Notes: a model not told the origin generated them from the sequence alone. A stretch of 56,134 nucleotides of DNA from Acidimicrobiia bacterium (GCA_031381685.1 JANMYF010000370.1:1-56134), one strand, 5' to 3'; counted from the stretch's first letter, positions 18,640-28,495 are shown. Numbers and translations: made by a program.

Positions 18640-19170
18640 ATGGCTCGCACCCCCAAAGACGGTCACGTCTTCGTCACCATCGAAATCCCCAGAGGCTCCC
18701 GCAACAAGTTCGAGATCGACCACGAGTCCGGTCACATCTTCCTCGACCGCCGGCTGTTCTCGGCCACCGTCTACCCCGCCGACTACGGCTTCATCCCCGA
18801 CACCCTCGGCGAGGACGGCGATGCCCTCGACGCCCTCGTCCTCCTGGAGGACCCGACGTACCCGGGCGTATGGGTCGAGGCCCGACCGGTCGGCGTGATG
18901 TGGATGCAGGACGAAGCCGGACCCGACGCCAAGATCATCTGCGTGCCGCCCCGCGAACCGCGATGGCGCGGCGTGGAGGACCTTCGTGACCTGCCCGAAG
19001 AGCTCCTCGAGGAGATCAAGCACTTCTTCGACGTCTACAAGATGCTCGAGCCTGACAAGAAGTCCTCGACCGCTGGATTCGAGGGCGCCCGGGCCGCCTG
19101 GCGCGAGATCAACGCGTCACGCGAGCGGGTGCACGACCCCAACGCGAAGCGCAACTGGGTCATCGAGTAG
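18640..19170 (+). CDS. ppa: Inorganic pyrophosphatase (family I)
   Basis: IEIPRGSRNKFE, YPADYG, DGDALD, DAK and HFFDVYK. Confidence 0.95.
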   Translation: MARTPKDGHVFVTIEIPRGSRNKFEIDHESGHIFLDRRLFSATVYPADYGFIPDTLGEDGDALDALVLLEDPTYPGVWVEARPVGVMWMQDEAGPDAKIICVPPREPRWRGVEDLRDLPEELLEEIKHFFDVYKMLEPDKKSSTAGFEGARAAWREINASRERVHDPNAKRNWVIE

Positions 19171-19280
19171 ACGATCCCGCGCCAGGGCGGTCCCCTCCCG
19201 GCCGGTTCCGGGCGCCTCCGTTTCGTCGTTTTCCGCAACGGCCCCGGCCGCGCCGCCGTGGACTCGCCGGCCCCGTGGAC

Positions 19281-19352
19281 TGCGGCAGAACACCTCCCAA
19301 CGGCGTTCGGAGGTGTTTTGCCCCCATATTTGGGGGCAACCTCTCTCCCAAC
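19281..19352 (+). repeat. Double-hairpin REP-like repeat, copy 3 (solo)
   Basis: GGCAGAACACCTCC..GGAGGTGTTTTGCC hairpin plus TTGCCCCCA-tatt-TGGGGGCAA. The terminal 22 bp (19331-19352) are a perfect inverse of 15366-15387. Confidence 0.9.
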
Positions 19353-19377
19353 GCGCCGACCGTGCCGATAGACGGGA

Positions 19378-19899
19378 ATGGCTGTTTCGAAGGTCACTAC
19401 GGTCGAGGTTGTCCGATCGCGCAGTGACGCGAACGCTGCGCCACCGGGGACGGACATCACGAGCCGGTTCGCCGTGCGGGGACCGTCGCCGGTCACCGTG
19501 GCGACCGACGCCGACGATGGGCTCGTTGACGCTCCCCTCGCCCCGGGCTGGGTCATCGACGGCGATCCGCGTCCACGGATGCGCATCACGGCGACCGCTC
19601 CCGGCGGAGCGATCAGCAGCGGCGTGTGGTGCTGCCAGCCGAGCCGTTTCACCTTCATCTACGACGTGGACGAATACGTCCACATCGTCGCCGGTCGGGT
19701 CACCGTGATCGCTGACACCCATGTGCACGAGTTGTCGGCGGGGAGCACCGCCCTGTTCCCTCGCGGCCTACGGACCGAATGGACCGTCCACGAGCCGATC
19801 CACAAGGTCTTCGTCCTCGGCAGCCGGCCACGATGGCAACGGGTGGTCCGCCGCGTCCGGTCCCGCCTTGCGTCGGCGATCGGGGCGACCAGCGCCTAG
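19378..19899 (+). CDS. Cupin domain protein (DUF861/EutQ-like)
   Basis: SGVWCCQP..F..DEYVHIVAGRV...AG...FPRG...WTVHE..K. Confidence 0.78.
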   Translation: MAVSKVTTVEVVRSRSDANAAPPGTDITSRFAVRGPSPVTVATDADDGLVDAPLAPGWVIDGDPRPRMRITATAPGGAISSGVWCCQPSRFTFIYDVDEYVHIVAGRVTVIADTHVHELSAGSTALFPRGLRTEWTVHEPIHKVFVLGSRPRWQRVVRRVRSRLASAIGATSA

Positions 19900-20852
19900 A
19901 AGTTCGTCTCCGTCGTATCGGGCCCACCGACCGCCCGGGGACCGGTGCCGGAGGTGCGGCACTGCTTGACGTCCCGATTCGATTCGCGCTCACCGCGGGT
20001 GCACATGGCGACCAGCCGTTCGAGCGCCGATGGGTCCCACGCGTTCAGGAAGTCTGCGTGCAGACGATTCACGCCGCCGGCGCTCGTGGCGAAGTCGGCT
20101 GGCGCGACCCGCCCCACCGTCGACACGACGACACGCAGCAGGGGGAGGGCGATCGGGTGCGTCGACGGACATTTCCCGCCGACGGGGGCGACGGCGTTGC
20201 CGGGTGCCTGGAGGCGAACGCCGTCCCAGCACTGCGGAAAGCGCAGACGAACCGTCGTCGACCCGGTACATGCGGGTGGAGACGCGCTCCAACCCGGCTC
20301 GTCGACGCCACGACCACACGAGAACGCGACGACATCAACGCCTGGCACGCTCCGAGACGACGGCGATCCGGCGATCAGCTGCAGCCCGGTCGGATACGCA
20401 ACGATCGCGGACGGAACCAACGGACCGGCGCTGTAGTAGGCGCGCATACGAGGAGCCCATCCGGGACCTCGCAGTGTCGGTAGCCAGTAGGCCGCCTTGT
20501 CGCCCGACTCATTACAGGTCGTCAACGCGTCCGTCAGCGATGCGACGTCGGAGCCCGCGTCGGTGGACACGTTGCCGAAGAAGTCGTGACGGTGCGACGC
20601 CCCCGGGTGACCCGGATGGACGATCGGATCGTCGGTGGAGCTGTGCGAGCGCCCGCACGTCACGACGAACGCAACCGACGGGAACGGCGTCCGAACGGAC
20701 GCCGCGACAACTCGCCCGGTCGGCGAAACGGCCGCGGCTCCCGGCGAAACCATGGCAACGATCCCGACGATCGACACGATCGATACCACCGACACGACCC
20801 ACGTCGGCCGCTGAACATCAGTGATCAGACCACGGCGGAACCGACTCACCAT
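19896..20852 (-). CDS. Secreted DUF1996-domain protein
   Basis: Signal-like N-terminus, then DDPIVHPG..SHRHDFFGN, DKAAYW, FPQCWDG, CPSTHP and HADFLNAW. Confidence 0.85.
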   Translation of the reverse strand: MVSRFRRGLITDVQRPTWVVSVVSIVSIVGIVAMVSPGAAAVSPTGRVVAASVRTPFPSVAFVVTCGRSHSSTDDPIVHPGHPGASHRHDFFGNVSTDAGSDVASLTDALTTCNESGDKAAYWLPTLRGPGWAPRMRAYYSAGPLVPSAIVAYPTGLQLIAGSPSSRSVPGVDVVAFSCGRGVDEPGWSASPPACTGSTTVRLRFPQCWDGVRLQAPGNAVAPVGGKCPSTHPIALPLLRVVVSTVGRVAPADFATSAGGVNRLHADFLNAWDPSALERLVAMCTRGERESNRDVKQCRTSGTGPRAVGGPDTTETNF

Positions 20853-20856
20853 CGAC

Positions 20857-22296
20857 TCAGCCTCCGCGCTTGCGCACCCGCAGCTTCAGCGGGGTCGACC
20901 CGAAGTTGAACCGGTCGCGGATGCGTCGCTCGAGGTACCGCAGGAACTGCGGTGACAACTCACGGTTCGCGAACAGCGTGAACGTGGGCGGGTCGGTCGC
21001 GCCCTGTGATGCGTAGAGGATCCGGGCTTCGCGACCGGGATGCATCTGCTGCGCCTCCTGGACCAGTTCGTTCAGGGCCCGCGTCGGGACGCGCATGTGA
21101 TAGCTGCGCACCGAATCACTGAGCAGCGGCAGCAGCTTGTGTACGCCGAAACCGGAAAGTGCACTTACTTTCAGCACCGGGGCGTAGGCGAGGAACTGCA
21201 GGCGGTCGGTGACGCTCACCTGGGCGGCCAGCTTCTGGTCCTCGTTGAGAAGGTCCCACTTGTTGAGCAGCACCACGATGGGGCAGCCCGACGCGTCGAT
21301 CCGCTCGGCCAGCCGCTGGTCCTGATGGGTGACGCCCTCACGTGCATCGATCACCAGCACGGCCGCGTCGGCCTCGTCGATCGCCTGGAGCGCTCGCACG
21401 AGCGAGAAGTACTCGGTCCCCTCGTCGATCTTGCTGCGACGACGCATGCCGGCGGTGTCGATGAAGCAGATCTGACCTTCCGCCGTCTCGATGACGGTGT
21501 CGACGGTGTCACGCGTAGTGCCGGCCATGTCGTGGACGATCGAGCGTTCGTCGCCGATGAGCCGGTTGAACAGCGTCGACTTCCCGACGTTCGGCCGTCC
21601 GGCGATCACAACCTTGGGAGTCGCTCCCCCGCCGACCCCGATCGTGTCGAACCTCGCCTCGTCCGATGCCCGTTCGTGGTCGAACGGGGCATTCTCGTCC
21701 TCGACGACCGGCTGTACCTGACGCTTGGCGTCGGGAAGCTGGGCGAGCACTGCGTCGAGCACGTCGCCGGAGCCGTTACCGTGCAGCGCGCTGACCGGCC
21801 ACGGATCACCGAGACCGAGACGGGCGAACTGCCAGATGTCAGGCATCCGGGTCTCGCCGTCGACCTTGTTGACGATGAGGAACACCGACCCCTTCGGCCT
21901 GCTCCGACGCAGAAGATCGGCGACCCGCTCGTCCTCCTCGGTCAACCCGACGGCCACGTCGACCACCATCAGGCACACGTCCGCATCCGCGATCGCCTTC
22001 TCCGCCGCTTCGCTGACCTTGTCGTCAAGCTCTGAGCCCGACGCCAGCCACCCGCCGGTGTCGGCGACGATGAAGGGCACGCCGTTCCACTCGGCCTCCA
22101 CGTCCTTGCGGTCGCGGGTGACGCCCGGCTTCTCCTCGACGATCGCCTCGCGACGGCCGACGAAGCGGTTCAGCAGCGTCGACTTCCCGACGTTGGGGCG
22201 GCCGCAGATGACCACGACCGGCAACCCGCGGGGGTTGCTCGGCGAAATACGCGCCAGAGCGGCGGCCTTCGATCGACGTTCGGTCTGTTCACTCAT
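20857..22296 (-). CDS. der: Ribosome biogenesis GTPase Der (EngA)
   Basis: Two GRPNVGKS G-domains (GVTRD/DTGG/NKVD and GTTRD/DTAG/NKWD) and a KH-like C-terminus. Confidence 0.97.
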   Translation of the reverse strand: MSEQTERRSKAAALARISPSNPRGLPVVVICGRPNVGKSTLLNRFVGRREAIVEEKPGVTRDRKDVEAEWNGVPFIVADTGGWLASGSELDDKVSEAAEKAIADADVCLMVVDVAVGLTEEDERVADLLRRSRPKGSVFLIVNKVDGETRMPDIWQFARLGLGDPWPVSALHGNGSGDVLDAVLAQLPDAKRQVQPVVEDENAPFDHERASDEARFDTIGVGGGATPKVVIAGRPNVGKSTLFNRLIGDERSIVHDMAGTTRDTVDTVIETAEGQICFIDTAGMRRRSKIDEGTEYFSLVRALQAIDEADAAVLVIDAREGVTHQDQRLAERIDASGCPIVVLLNKWDLLNEDQKLAAQVSVTDRLQFLAYAPVLKVSALSGFGVHKLLPLLSDSVRSYHMRVPTRALNELVQEAQQMHPGREARILYASQGATDPPTFTLFANRELSPQFLRYLERRIRDRFNFGSTPLKLRVRKRGG

Positions 22297-22314
22297 ACAA
22301 CTCTCTGTTTCCAA

Positions 22315-22475
22315 ATGGCCCGCCACAGGACAAGGCGTGCGTTTATGGCGAGCGCCGTGCGTTCGAGGCAAGGAGGAGGACGACGCGCTGGCTCAGCCCC
22401 AACGGCAAGGACGAGGACGCCGCATCGGGCGCACGGAGCCGACAGAAACGACGCAGTTGTCCTGTGGCGGGCCAT
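22315..22475. repeat. 161-bp MITE/REPIN-like element
   Basis: Perfect 19-bp terminal inverted repeat ATGGCCCGCCACAGGACAA (22315-22333 / 22457-22475), extending imperfectly to about 55 bp. Internal 20-bp direct repeat matching at 18/20. Confidence 0.75.
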
Positions 22476-22531
22476 GAGCACCGAGAGCGGTGCATTCGTC
22501 TGCGCGCGGACGAATCCGGACTCGGCAGTGT

Positions 22532-23971
22532 TCACGACGGCGCGCCGACCATCAGGGCCTCGCGAAGGGCAATGCCATTGGTGGGAACGATCTCGACGGG
22601 TCGGGGGAGGTCCTCGGGGCGGGTGCCGTCGAGGAATATGCCCTTCGACAGGCAGACATCGGGGAGCAGGTAGCGATGGCCGGCCGGCTCGGCCGCGAGC
22701 ACTCGGGCGAGGTCGCTGCCGACCATCAGTCCGGCCACAGCGGTGTTGCCGCCGAAGAACTCGTTCACGACCGGAACGACGCGGACGTCGTCGCGTCCGA
22801 TCTGCCGCAGAACCGGTGGAAGCATGCCGTTGAGCACCTTCGCTCCGTACTCGCCGCTAAGTATCGCGACCGGAGCATTGCGCCTCGGCGCGAAGACGAT
22901 CCCACCCCGCTCACCGCCGACCGTGCGCGGCGCACGGTAGCCCTCGGCCGGCGCGCCCTCGACCCAGGCGAAGAACCCCGAGGCCACGTCGGTCGGCGCA
23001 TCGGTGAGACCGAGCACCTCCCGCTCGAGCGTCCGGGTCATCCCGATGCCGTTCTCGTGCTGGCAGAAGTCTTCATAGGTCTCGGTCGCCGGGAACTCGA
23101 CGTCGGCCATGAGGTAGTACTCATCCGCGGCGAACACCATGCGGCGTCCGATCGCCGACAGGAAGATCTCCTGCCACCGGGCCACCGTGTCGACGACGCG
23201 TCGCGCCTCGTCGACCGTATGCACACGTAGCGATGGTTCCTTGTTGAACTTCGAGATGCCGAGCGGCACGGCATGCAGCGACGCCAGCGACGAGTACTCG
23301 TCGAGCACCCCGCACATCGTGTCTTCGAGGACGTCGCCGTCGTTCACGCCTGGGCACACGACGAGTTGGCCGTGGACCTCGACACCGTTGTCGAGCAACG
23401 CCTTGAGCCAGCGCAGGCTCGTGGCCCCGCGGCGGTTGCGCAGCAACGACGACCGCACGTCGGGATCGGTGGCGTGGATGCTCACGTTCAGCGGCGACAA
23501 ACCCTCCGTGATCACCCGTTCCAGATCGGCTTCCGTGAATCGGGTCAAGGTGGTGAAGTTCCCGTAGAGGAACGAGAGACGGAAGTCGTCGTCCTTCAGG
23601 TACAGGCTCGGCCGCATACCGGGCGGCAACTGGTAGATGAAGCAGAACGAACAGTGGTTGTCGCAAGTGCGCAGTTGGTCGAACAACGCCGATTGCACTT
23701 CGATGCCCAGAGCCTCGCCCTCGGCCTTGGCGATCTCGACGTCGAACTCGAGGCCGCCGCGGCGAACCACGAGGGATACCTCGGCCTCGTCGACCAGGAG
23801 CCGGTACTGGATCACGTCCCGCACGACCTGGCCGTTGACGGTCACCAGTTCGTCGCCGCAGACGATCCCCGCGCCCTCGGCCGCCGAGCCAGGAGCGACG
23901 CTGACGACCGACGGGAGGGAGACGCCGGTGGCGGTGCGCGTCGACTGGTCGCTTCGCTCGGCTACGTTCAC
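22532..23971 (-). CDS. DUF512 radical-SAM-like protein with N-terminal PDZ domain
   Basis: PDZ (VAPGSAAEGAGI..GD), CDNHCSFC, KDDDFRLSFLYGNFTTLT, ENGIG and NEFFGG. Start uncertain (23971-24016). Confidence 0.88.
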   Translation of the reverse strand: MNVAERSDQSTRTATGVSLPSVVSVAPGSAAEGAGIVCGDELVTVNGQVVRDVIQYRLLVDEAEVSLVVRRGGLEFDVEIAKAEGEALGIEVQSALFDQLRTCDNHCSFCFIYQLPPGMRPSLYLKDDDFRLSFLYGNFTTLTRFTEADLERVITEGLSPLNVSIHATDPDVRSSLLRNRRGATSLRWLKALLDNGVEVHGQLVVCPGVNDGDVLEDTMCGVLDEYSSLASLHAVPLGISKFNKEPSLRVHTVDEARRVVDTVARWQEIFLSAIGRRMVFAADEYYLMADVEFPATETYEDFCQHENGIGMTRTLEREVLGLTDAPTDVASGFFAWVEGAPAEGYRAPRTVGGERGGIVFAPRRNAPVAILSGEYGAKVLNGMLPPVLRQIGRDDVRVVPVVNEFFGGNTAVAGLMVGSDLARVLAAEPAGHRYLLPDVCLSKGIFLDGTRPEDLPRPVEIVPTNGIALREALMVGAPS

Positions 23972-24159
23972 CCCGTCCCCCTTCGGCATCGTCTGTCCGG
24001 TGACAGAACCCATCAAGCCTACCGGTCACCTCCGTTCTTCCGGTCGGGACGCCCCAACCGTGCCCACGGTCACGTCTCGTCGACGCCCGCACCGCCCGCA
24101 CCTCCGTCGAACGACCGCAGAGAACCGCGTATGGCGTCGACCCCGATACCCTCGAACGG

Positions 24160-25245
24160 GTGAACACTTCGTCCACGCCGACCGGCGTCCCGATCGAGCA
24201 TGCTGATGGCACCGGTGGCGTCGATCAGGTGCTCCTCGCCGCGCCGCGGGGGTTCTGCGCCGGCGTCGAGATGGCCATCAAAGCGCTCACCTGGCTGGTG
24301 CGGATGTTCGAGCCGCCGGTCTACTGCTACCACGAGATCGTCCACAACCGTCTGGTCGTCGATCGGTTCCGCGACCTCGGGGTGATCTTCGTCGACAGCC
24401 TTGGCGACGTTCCTGCCGGAGCTCCCCTGATGCTGAGCGCGCATGGTTCCCCGCCTGAAGTCGTGGCGGCCGCTCAGGCCAACGGCGGTTTCGTCGTGAA
24501 CGCTGTCTGCCCGCTCGTGACCAAGGTCCACCACGAGGCGAAGGTGCGCGCCGGCAAGGGGTTCAACATCGTCTACGTCGGCCACGAAGGCCATGACGAA
24601 GCCGTCGGCACCATGGCCGTCGCCCCCCATGCCATGCACCTGGTCGAGAGTGTCGACGACGTCGCTGCTCTCGACATCGAAGGACCCGTCGCGCTGCTCG
24701 CGCAGACGACGCTCAGCCATCACGACTGGGCCGACGTGCTCGACGCCGCGACCACCCGCTTCCCCGAGATGTGGGTCCCTGGGCATTCCGACCTCTGTTA
24801 CGCCACGACGAACCGTCAGGACGCGCTCACCGCGATGGCTCCACAGTGCGATGCGATCGTTGTCATCGGCTCGGCGAACTCCTCGAACACGGTTGCGCTC
24901 GCCAAGGTTGCGGTCGCCGCCGGCTGCCCCAGGGTGTTCCGAGTCAACAGCGCCTCGGAGCTCCCCGCGGACCTCTACGGCATCGTCGGGGTCACCGCCG
25001 GCGCGTCGGCTCCCGAGGAGCTCGTGAACGAGGTGATCGCCCACCTCGCACCGAAGCAGGGCGTGGCGCTCGTTCGCGTGACGGACGAGGACGAGTACTT
25101 CCCACCGCCGAAGGAACTGCGCGAGATGGTGCCGGCGATCGCTGCCGCGCTCGCGTTCGGCCTCGGAGCACCCCCGCCGGAGCGAAGCGCGCTTACCAAC
25201 GACCGCAGCACCGCGGCCAGCGACGTGCTCGAGTCGTTGCGTTAG
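24160..25245 (+). CDS. ispH: 4-hydroxy-3-methylbut-2-enyl diphosphate reductase
   Basis: PRGFCAGV, IVHN, SAHG, CPLVTKVH, CYATTNRQ, NSSN and TAGASAPE. Confidence 0.96.
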   Translation: MNTSSTPTGVPIEHADGTGGVDQVLLAAPRGFCAGVEMAIKALTWLVRMFEPPVYCYHEIVHNRLVVDRFRDLGVIFVDSLGDVPAGAPLMLSAHGSPPEVVAAAQANGGFVVNAVCPLVTKVHHEAKVRAGKGFNIVYVGHEGHDEAVGTMAVAPHAMHLVESVDDVAALDIEGPVALLAQTTLSHHDWADVLDAATTRFPEMWVPGHSDLCYATTNRQDALTAMAPQCDAIVVIGSANSSNTVALAKVAVAAGCPRVFRVNSASELPADLYGIVGVTAGASAPEELVNEVIAHLAPKQGVALVRVTDEDEYFPPPKELREMVPAIAAALAFGLGAPPPERSALTNDRSTAASDVLESLR

Positions 25246-25256
25246 GCGGAGACCGC

Positions 25257-26141
25257 CTATTCGCCCTTGCGAGAGCGCGGCGGCTGTCCTTGCTCCGACC
25301 AGTAGCGCACGATCGTCGACTGACTCGCCGTTGCCATCAACGTGCCGTCTTCCGCCCACAGATGCACGAGTCCATGGCCGAACCCATGGTGGACGCCGTG
25401 CACCCGGATGTCGCAGAGCACCCAATCCGTGGGCACGAGGCGGATCACCCGCAGCGTGTTGTCCAACGAGTTCCCGCCGGCCCGGGCGCCGAGCGCCTGA
25501 CCGATGCCGAACGGCACGAAGTCACCGAGAACCGCCAGGCCCGCCGCGGTGCTCGCACCGCCATCGGGAAGCCGGGCCCACATCGCCGACCGACCGTCGG
25601 GGACCGGCACCCCGTCGAGCTCCTCGAGGTCACGGCCTATGGCGATGCGCGATTCAAGGAGCGCATTGATGGAGTTCTCGATGCCGAAGCGGTGACGCCG
25701 TTCCTTGCACTCAGTGGGAGGCGGCACGTCGGGCTTCACGGCGAACGACCCTTCGGCGTCGGTCTCGCGGCTTCCCAGCGCGCCGTTGACGGTGAGGATC
25801 TCGGTGTTCCCATACTTGACGACGACCCTCGCCTGCGTGGTCGCCTTGCCGTGCACGGCCAGGGTCACGTCGAGGTCGAGCATCGAGCCGACCTTGGCGA
25901 ACGACAGGTACTGGCCGGTCGCCCAGATCACCGGGCGGCCGGACACCGCCTCCATGGCCTCGATCGCCGCAGCGAGGCCGGCACCCCCGAAGAGGTTGCC
26001 GGCCCAGGTGCAGATGGACTGCTCGACCGGAAGGGTCCAGCGGAACTCGTTGTGGGTCCGCAGCAGCCCGAGGAACGGCAGCGTCCCCGGACCCGCGGCA
26101 TCGGGCCCATCCGGGCCGACGTCGGCGGCGTCGTGCTTCAC
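25257..26141 (-). CDS. Acyl-CoA thioesterase (TesB-like, double hotdog)
   Basis: LFGG, SLDNTLR, HGFGHG..LWAEDG..ATASQS. Confidence 0.8.
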   Translation of the reverse strand: MKHDAADVGPDGPDAAGPGTLPFLGLLRTHNEFRWTLPVEQSICTWAGNLFGGAGLAAAIEAMEAVSGRPVIWATGQYLSFAKVGSMLDLDVTLAVHGKATTQARVVVKYGNTEILTVNGALGSRETDAEGSFAVKPDVPPPTECKERRHRFGIENSINALLESRIAIGRDLEELDGVPVPDGRSAMWARLPDGGASTAAGLAVLGDFVPFGIGQALGARAGGNSLDNTLRVIRLVPTDWVLCDIRVHGVHHGFGHGLVHLWAEDGTLMATASQSTIVRYWSEQGQPPRSRKGE

Positions 26142-26881
26142 TTGCGGCGCAGCATCCCCATCAGCTTGGCCAGCATGCCACCGGCGCCACCGCTCGACGA
26201 GCCCTTGGATCCGCCGCCGGTGGCCATACGGGACAGGTCGTCCATGACCGAGCCATCCTTGTTCTGGTCGAGCATCGACGTGACCTTCGACAGCGGCGAC
26301 GACCCTCCGGCGCCACCGGCATTGCCGCGGCCGAGCATCCCCCCGAGCCCACCGCCACCGCCACCGAGGAGCCCTCCGAGCAATCCCCCGAGGCCCCCTC
26401 CGCCACCGAGGAGACCGCCGAGCATGCCCGACAGACCCTGGGCCTGCACCCCGCCGGCGCCCTGGCCGGACTTGCCGAGCGCGCCGAGCACCATCGGAGC
26501 GAGCGCTCCGAGCAAACCGGCGGCCTGCCCCTTGTCGATGCCCGCCTGCGCCGCCACCTGTTCCTGCGCGGCGTCGGCATCGGCGCCGAACACGTGGCCG
26601 ATGATCTTCGAGCCGGTCTGGTCATCGCCGCCGAACAGGCCGCCGATCCTGTCGCCGGCCGAGTCGAGGAACGAGCCGTCGTGGTCACGGTTCACCGCCG
26701 CGGCCAACGCCTCGGCTTTCGCCGGATCATCGGCGTTCGCCTTCAGCTTCCCGAGCAGCGCCGGGAGCGCCGCTCCGACTGCTTTCTGGGCGCCGGCTTC
26801 GTCGGTGCCGAGCTGGCCGGCAATCTTCGCCATCATGTCGCCGCCGAGGGCGCCGCCGAGGAGTTCTTCTAGTCCGCTCAT
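26138..26881 (-). CDS. DUF937 family protein with a Gly-rich insert
   Basis: ALPALLG, DHDGS, GSKIIGHVFG, LAPMVLGALG and LDQNKDGSVMDD. ATG 26881 with SD-like AAAGG upstream. Confidence 0.82.
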   Translation of the reverse strand: MSGLEELLGGALGGDMMAKIAGQLGTDEAGAQKAVGAALPALLGKLKANADDPAKAEALAAAVNRDHDGSFLDSAGDRIGGLFGGDDQTGSKIIGHVFGADADAAQEQVAAQAGIDKGQAAGLLGALAPMVLGALGKSGQGAGGVQAQGLSGMLGGLLGGGGGLGGLLGGLLGGGGGGLGGMLGRGNAGGAGGSSPLSKVTSMLDQNKDGSVMDDLSRMATGGGSKGSSSGGAGGMLAKLMGMLRRK

Positions 26882-27010
26882 GGGAGAGCCTTTCGTCGTG
26901 AGGACAAGGATCGTACTGCCACCTACCCGCCGTTCCCGCAGGTCAGCCACCTCGTCGCTTGGGTAACTCCCCTGATCGCACGCCCCTCGACCGAGGCCGA
27001 CATCGCTCGC

Positions 27011-28495
27011 TCAGCGGGGCGGGGAGCCGTAGACCCGGGTCTGGGCGGCGTCGAAGAGCTCTTGCATCTCCGCCTGCAACTGCGCCGTGCACGCCCGCAA
27101 CCCGCTCCGACCGGTCGTCGGTGGGGGGGCGATCGGACGCCCGACGATGAGGTGCACCTTCTTCGGACGGGGGAACTTGTGCGATCGGCCCATGGCGTCG
27201 GCCGAACCTCCGATTCCCACCGGGATGATCATGACCTGCGCCCGCGCCGCCAGCCAGGCGACGCCGTCGAAGAGCTCCTCGACGACCGGACCCTCCTTGC
27301 GGGTGCCCTCCGGGTAGACCACCAGGGGTTCACCGCCGCGCAGCGCATCCAGACAGAGCGTCATCGACTCCCGGTCCGCCGTCCCCCGCTGGACCTTGAT
27401 GGCGCCGAGGCGCGTGAACAGCACCCCGATCGGACGGAACTTCCACATGGACACCTTGCCGAGGAGCCGCACGCGCCGCTTGGTGAGGAACGGGACCAGG
27501 AGCGTGTCGATGTTCGACCGGTGCACCGGCGCGATGATCACCGGACCGGTCTTCGGGATGTTCGCCAGCCCCTCCCACGTGGCGCGGAAATAGACGCGCA
27601 CGATCACCAGCAGGATCGGGCGAAGCGTTGCCCACAGCCGACGTTCGAACCGTGACGGCCCGTCCTCGGCGACCTCGACCGACGTGCCCACCGATGACGT
27701 CGCGACCGCGAGCGGATGGGCGGAGACCGCCGCTGCGGGCTCCGCGGCGAAGGTGGCCGCCGCCGTCGGATCCGGCCGCTGGGTCGCGCCCGTGAATCCC
27801 TCCACGGCGATCGCCGCTGCCCGTTCGACAACTTCGTCGAGTGACAGGCCGGTCGAGTCGATCACCGTCGCTCTCGCGGCGATCGTGAGGGGCGCCACCT
27901 CCCTCGACGCATCGTTGTGATCGCGCCACGTGAGGTCGTCGAGCACTTCCTCGAACGTCCGCTCGGGCTGCTCGGCATGGCGACGACGGGCGCGCTCCGC
28001 CGGATCGGCCGTGAGGAACAGCTGCACCGGGGCATCGGGAAACACCACGGTGGCGATGTCACGACCTTCGAGCACGCCACCTCCCCGGGCGCGTGCCCAC
28101 GCCCGCTGACGCTCCACCATCTCAGCGCGTACCTCGGCGACCGTTGCGAGCACGCTCGCCGCTCGCGCCACCTCCGGAGCGCGGATCTCCACGGAGACGT
28201 CAGCGCCGTCGAGCAGGACCACCTGCGAACCATCGGCCGCCGTGCGGACGTCGATCCGGACCTTTCGAGCCAGTTCGATGGCATGCGAGCGCAGGTCGCT
28301 TCCCTCCTCCCCGTGGAGCGCCGAGGCATCGTTGACTGGATACCCCGCACGGAGACAGGCCGCTCCGACGCAGCGGTACATCGCGCCCGTGTCGAGATAC
28401 TCGAGGCCCAGCCGCTCGGCCAACCGCCGGGCGACCGTCGTCTTCCCCGCACCGAGAACGCCGTCGATGGCGACGACGCGCAGCACCTCGCTCAC
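27011..28495 (-). CDS. cmk: Fused cytidylate kinase / lysophospholipid acyltransferase (Cmk-PlsC)
   Basis: IDGVLGAGKTT, DTGAMYR, EGRDI and FLTA..RARRR, then in frame HRSNID, YPEGTR and IPVGI. GTGA overlap with aroA. Confidence 0.9.
   Translation of the reverse strand: MSEVLRVVAIDGVLGAGKTTVARRLAERLGLEYLDTGAMYRCVGAACLRAGYPVNDASALHGEEGSDLRSHAIELARKVRIDVRTAADGSQVVLLDGADVSVEIRAPEVARAASVLATVAEVRAEMVERQRAWARARGGGVLEGRDIATVVFPDAPVQLFLTADPAERARRRHAEQPERTFEEVLDDLTWRDHNDASREVAPLTIAARATVIDSTGLSLDEVVERAAAIAVEGFTGATQRPDPTAAATFAAEPAAAVSAHPLAVATSSVGTSVEVAEDGPSRFERRLWATLRPILLVIVRVYFRATWEGLANIPKTGPVIIAPVHRSNIDTLLVPFLTKRRVRLLGKVSMWKFRPIGVLFTRLGAIKVQRGTADRESMTLCLDALRGGEPLVVYPEGTRKEGPVVEELFDGVAWLAARAQVMIIPVGIGGSADAMGRSHKFPRPKKVHLIVGRPIAPPPTTGRSGLRACTAQLQAEMQELFDAAQTRVYGSPPR

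Noticed and set aside
26300-26470. CCGCCGAG-type low-complexity repeats
   Set aside because: They encode the GGLLGG-rich segment of the DUF937 protein.
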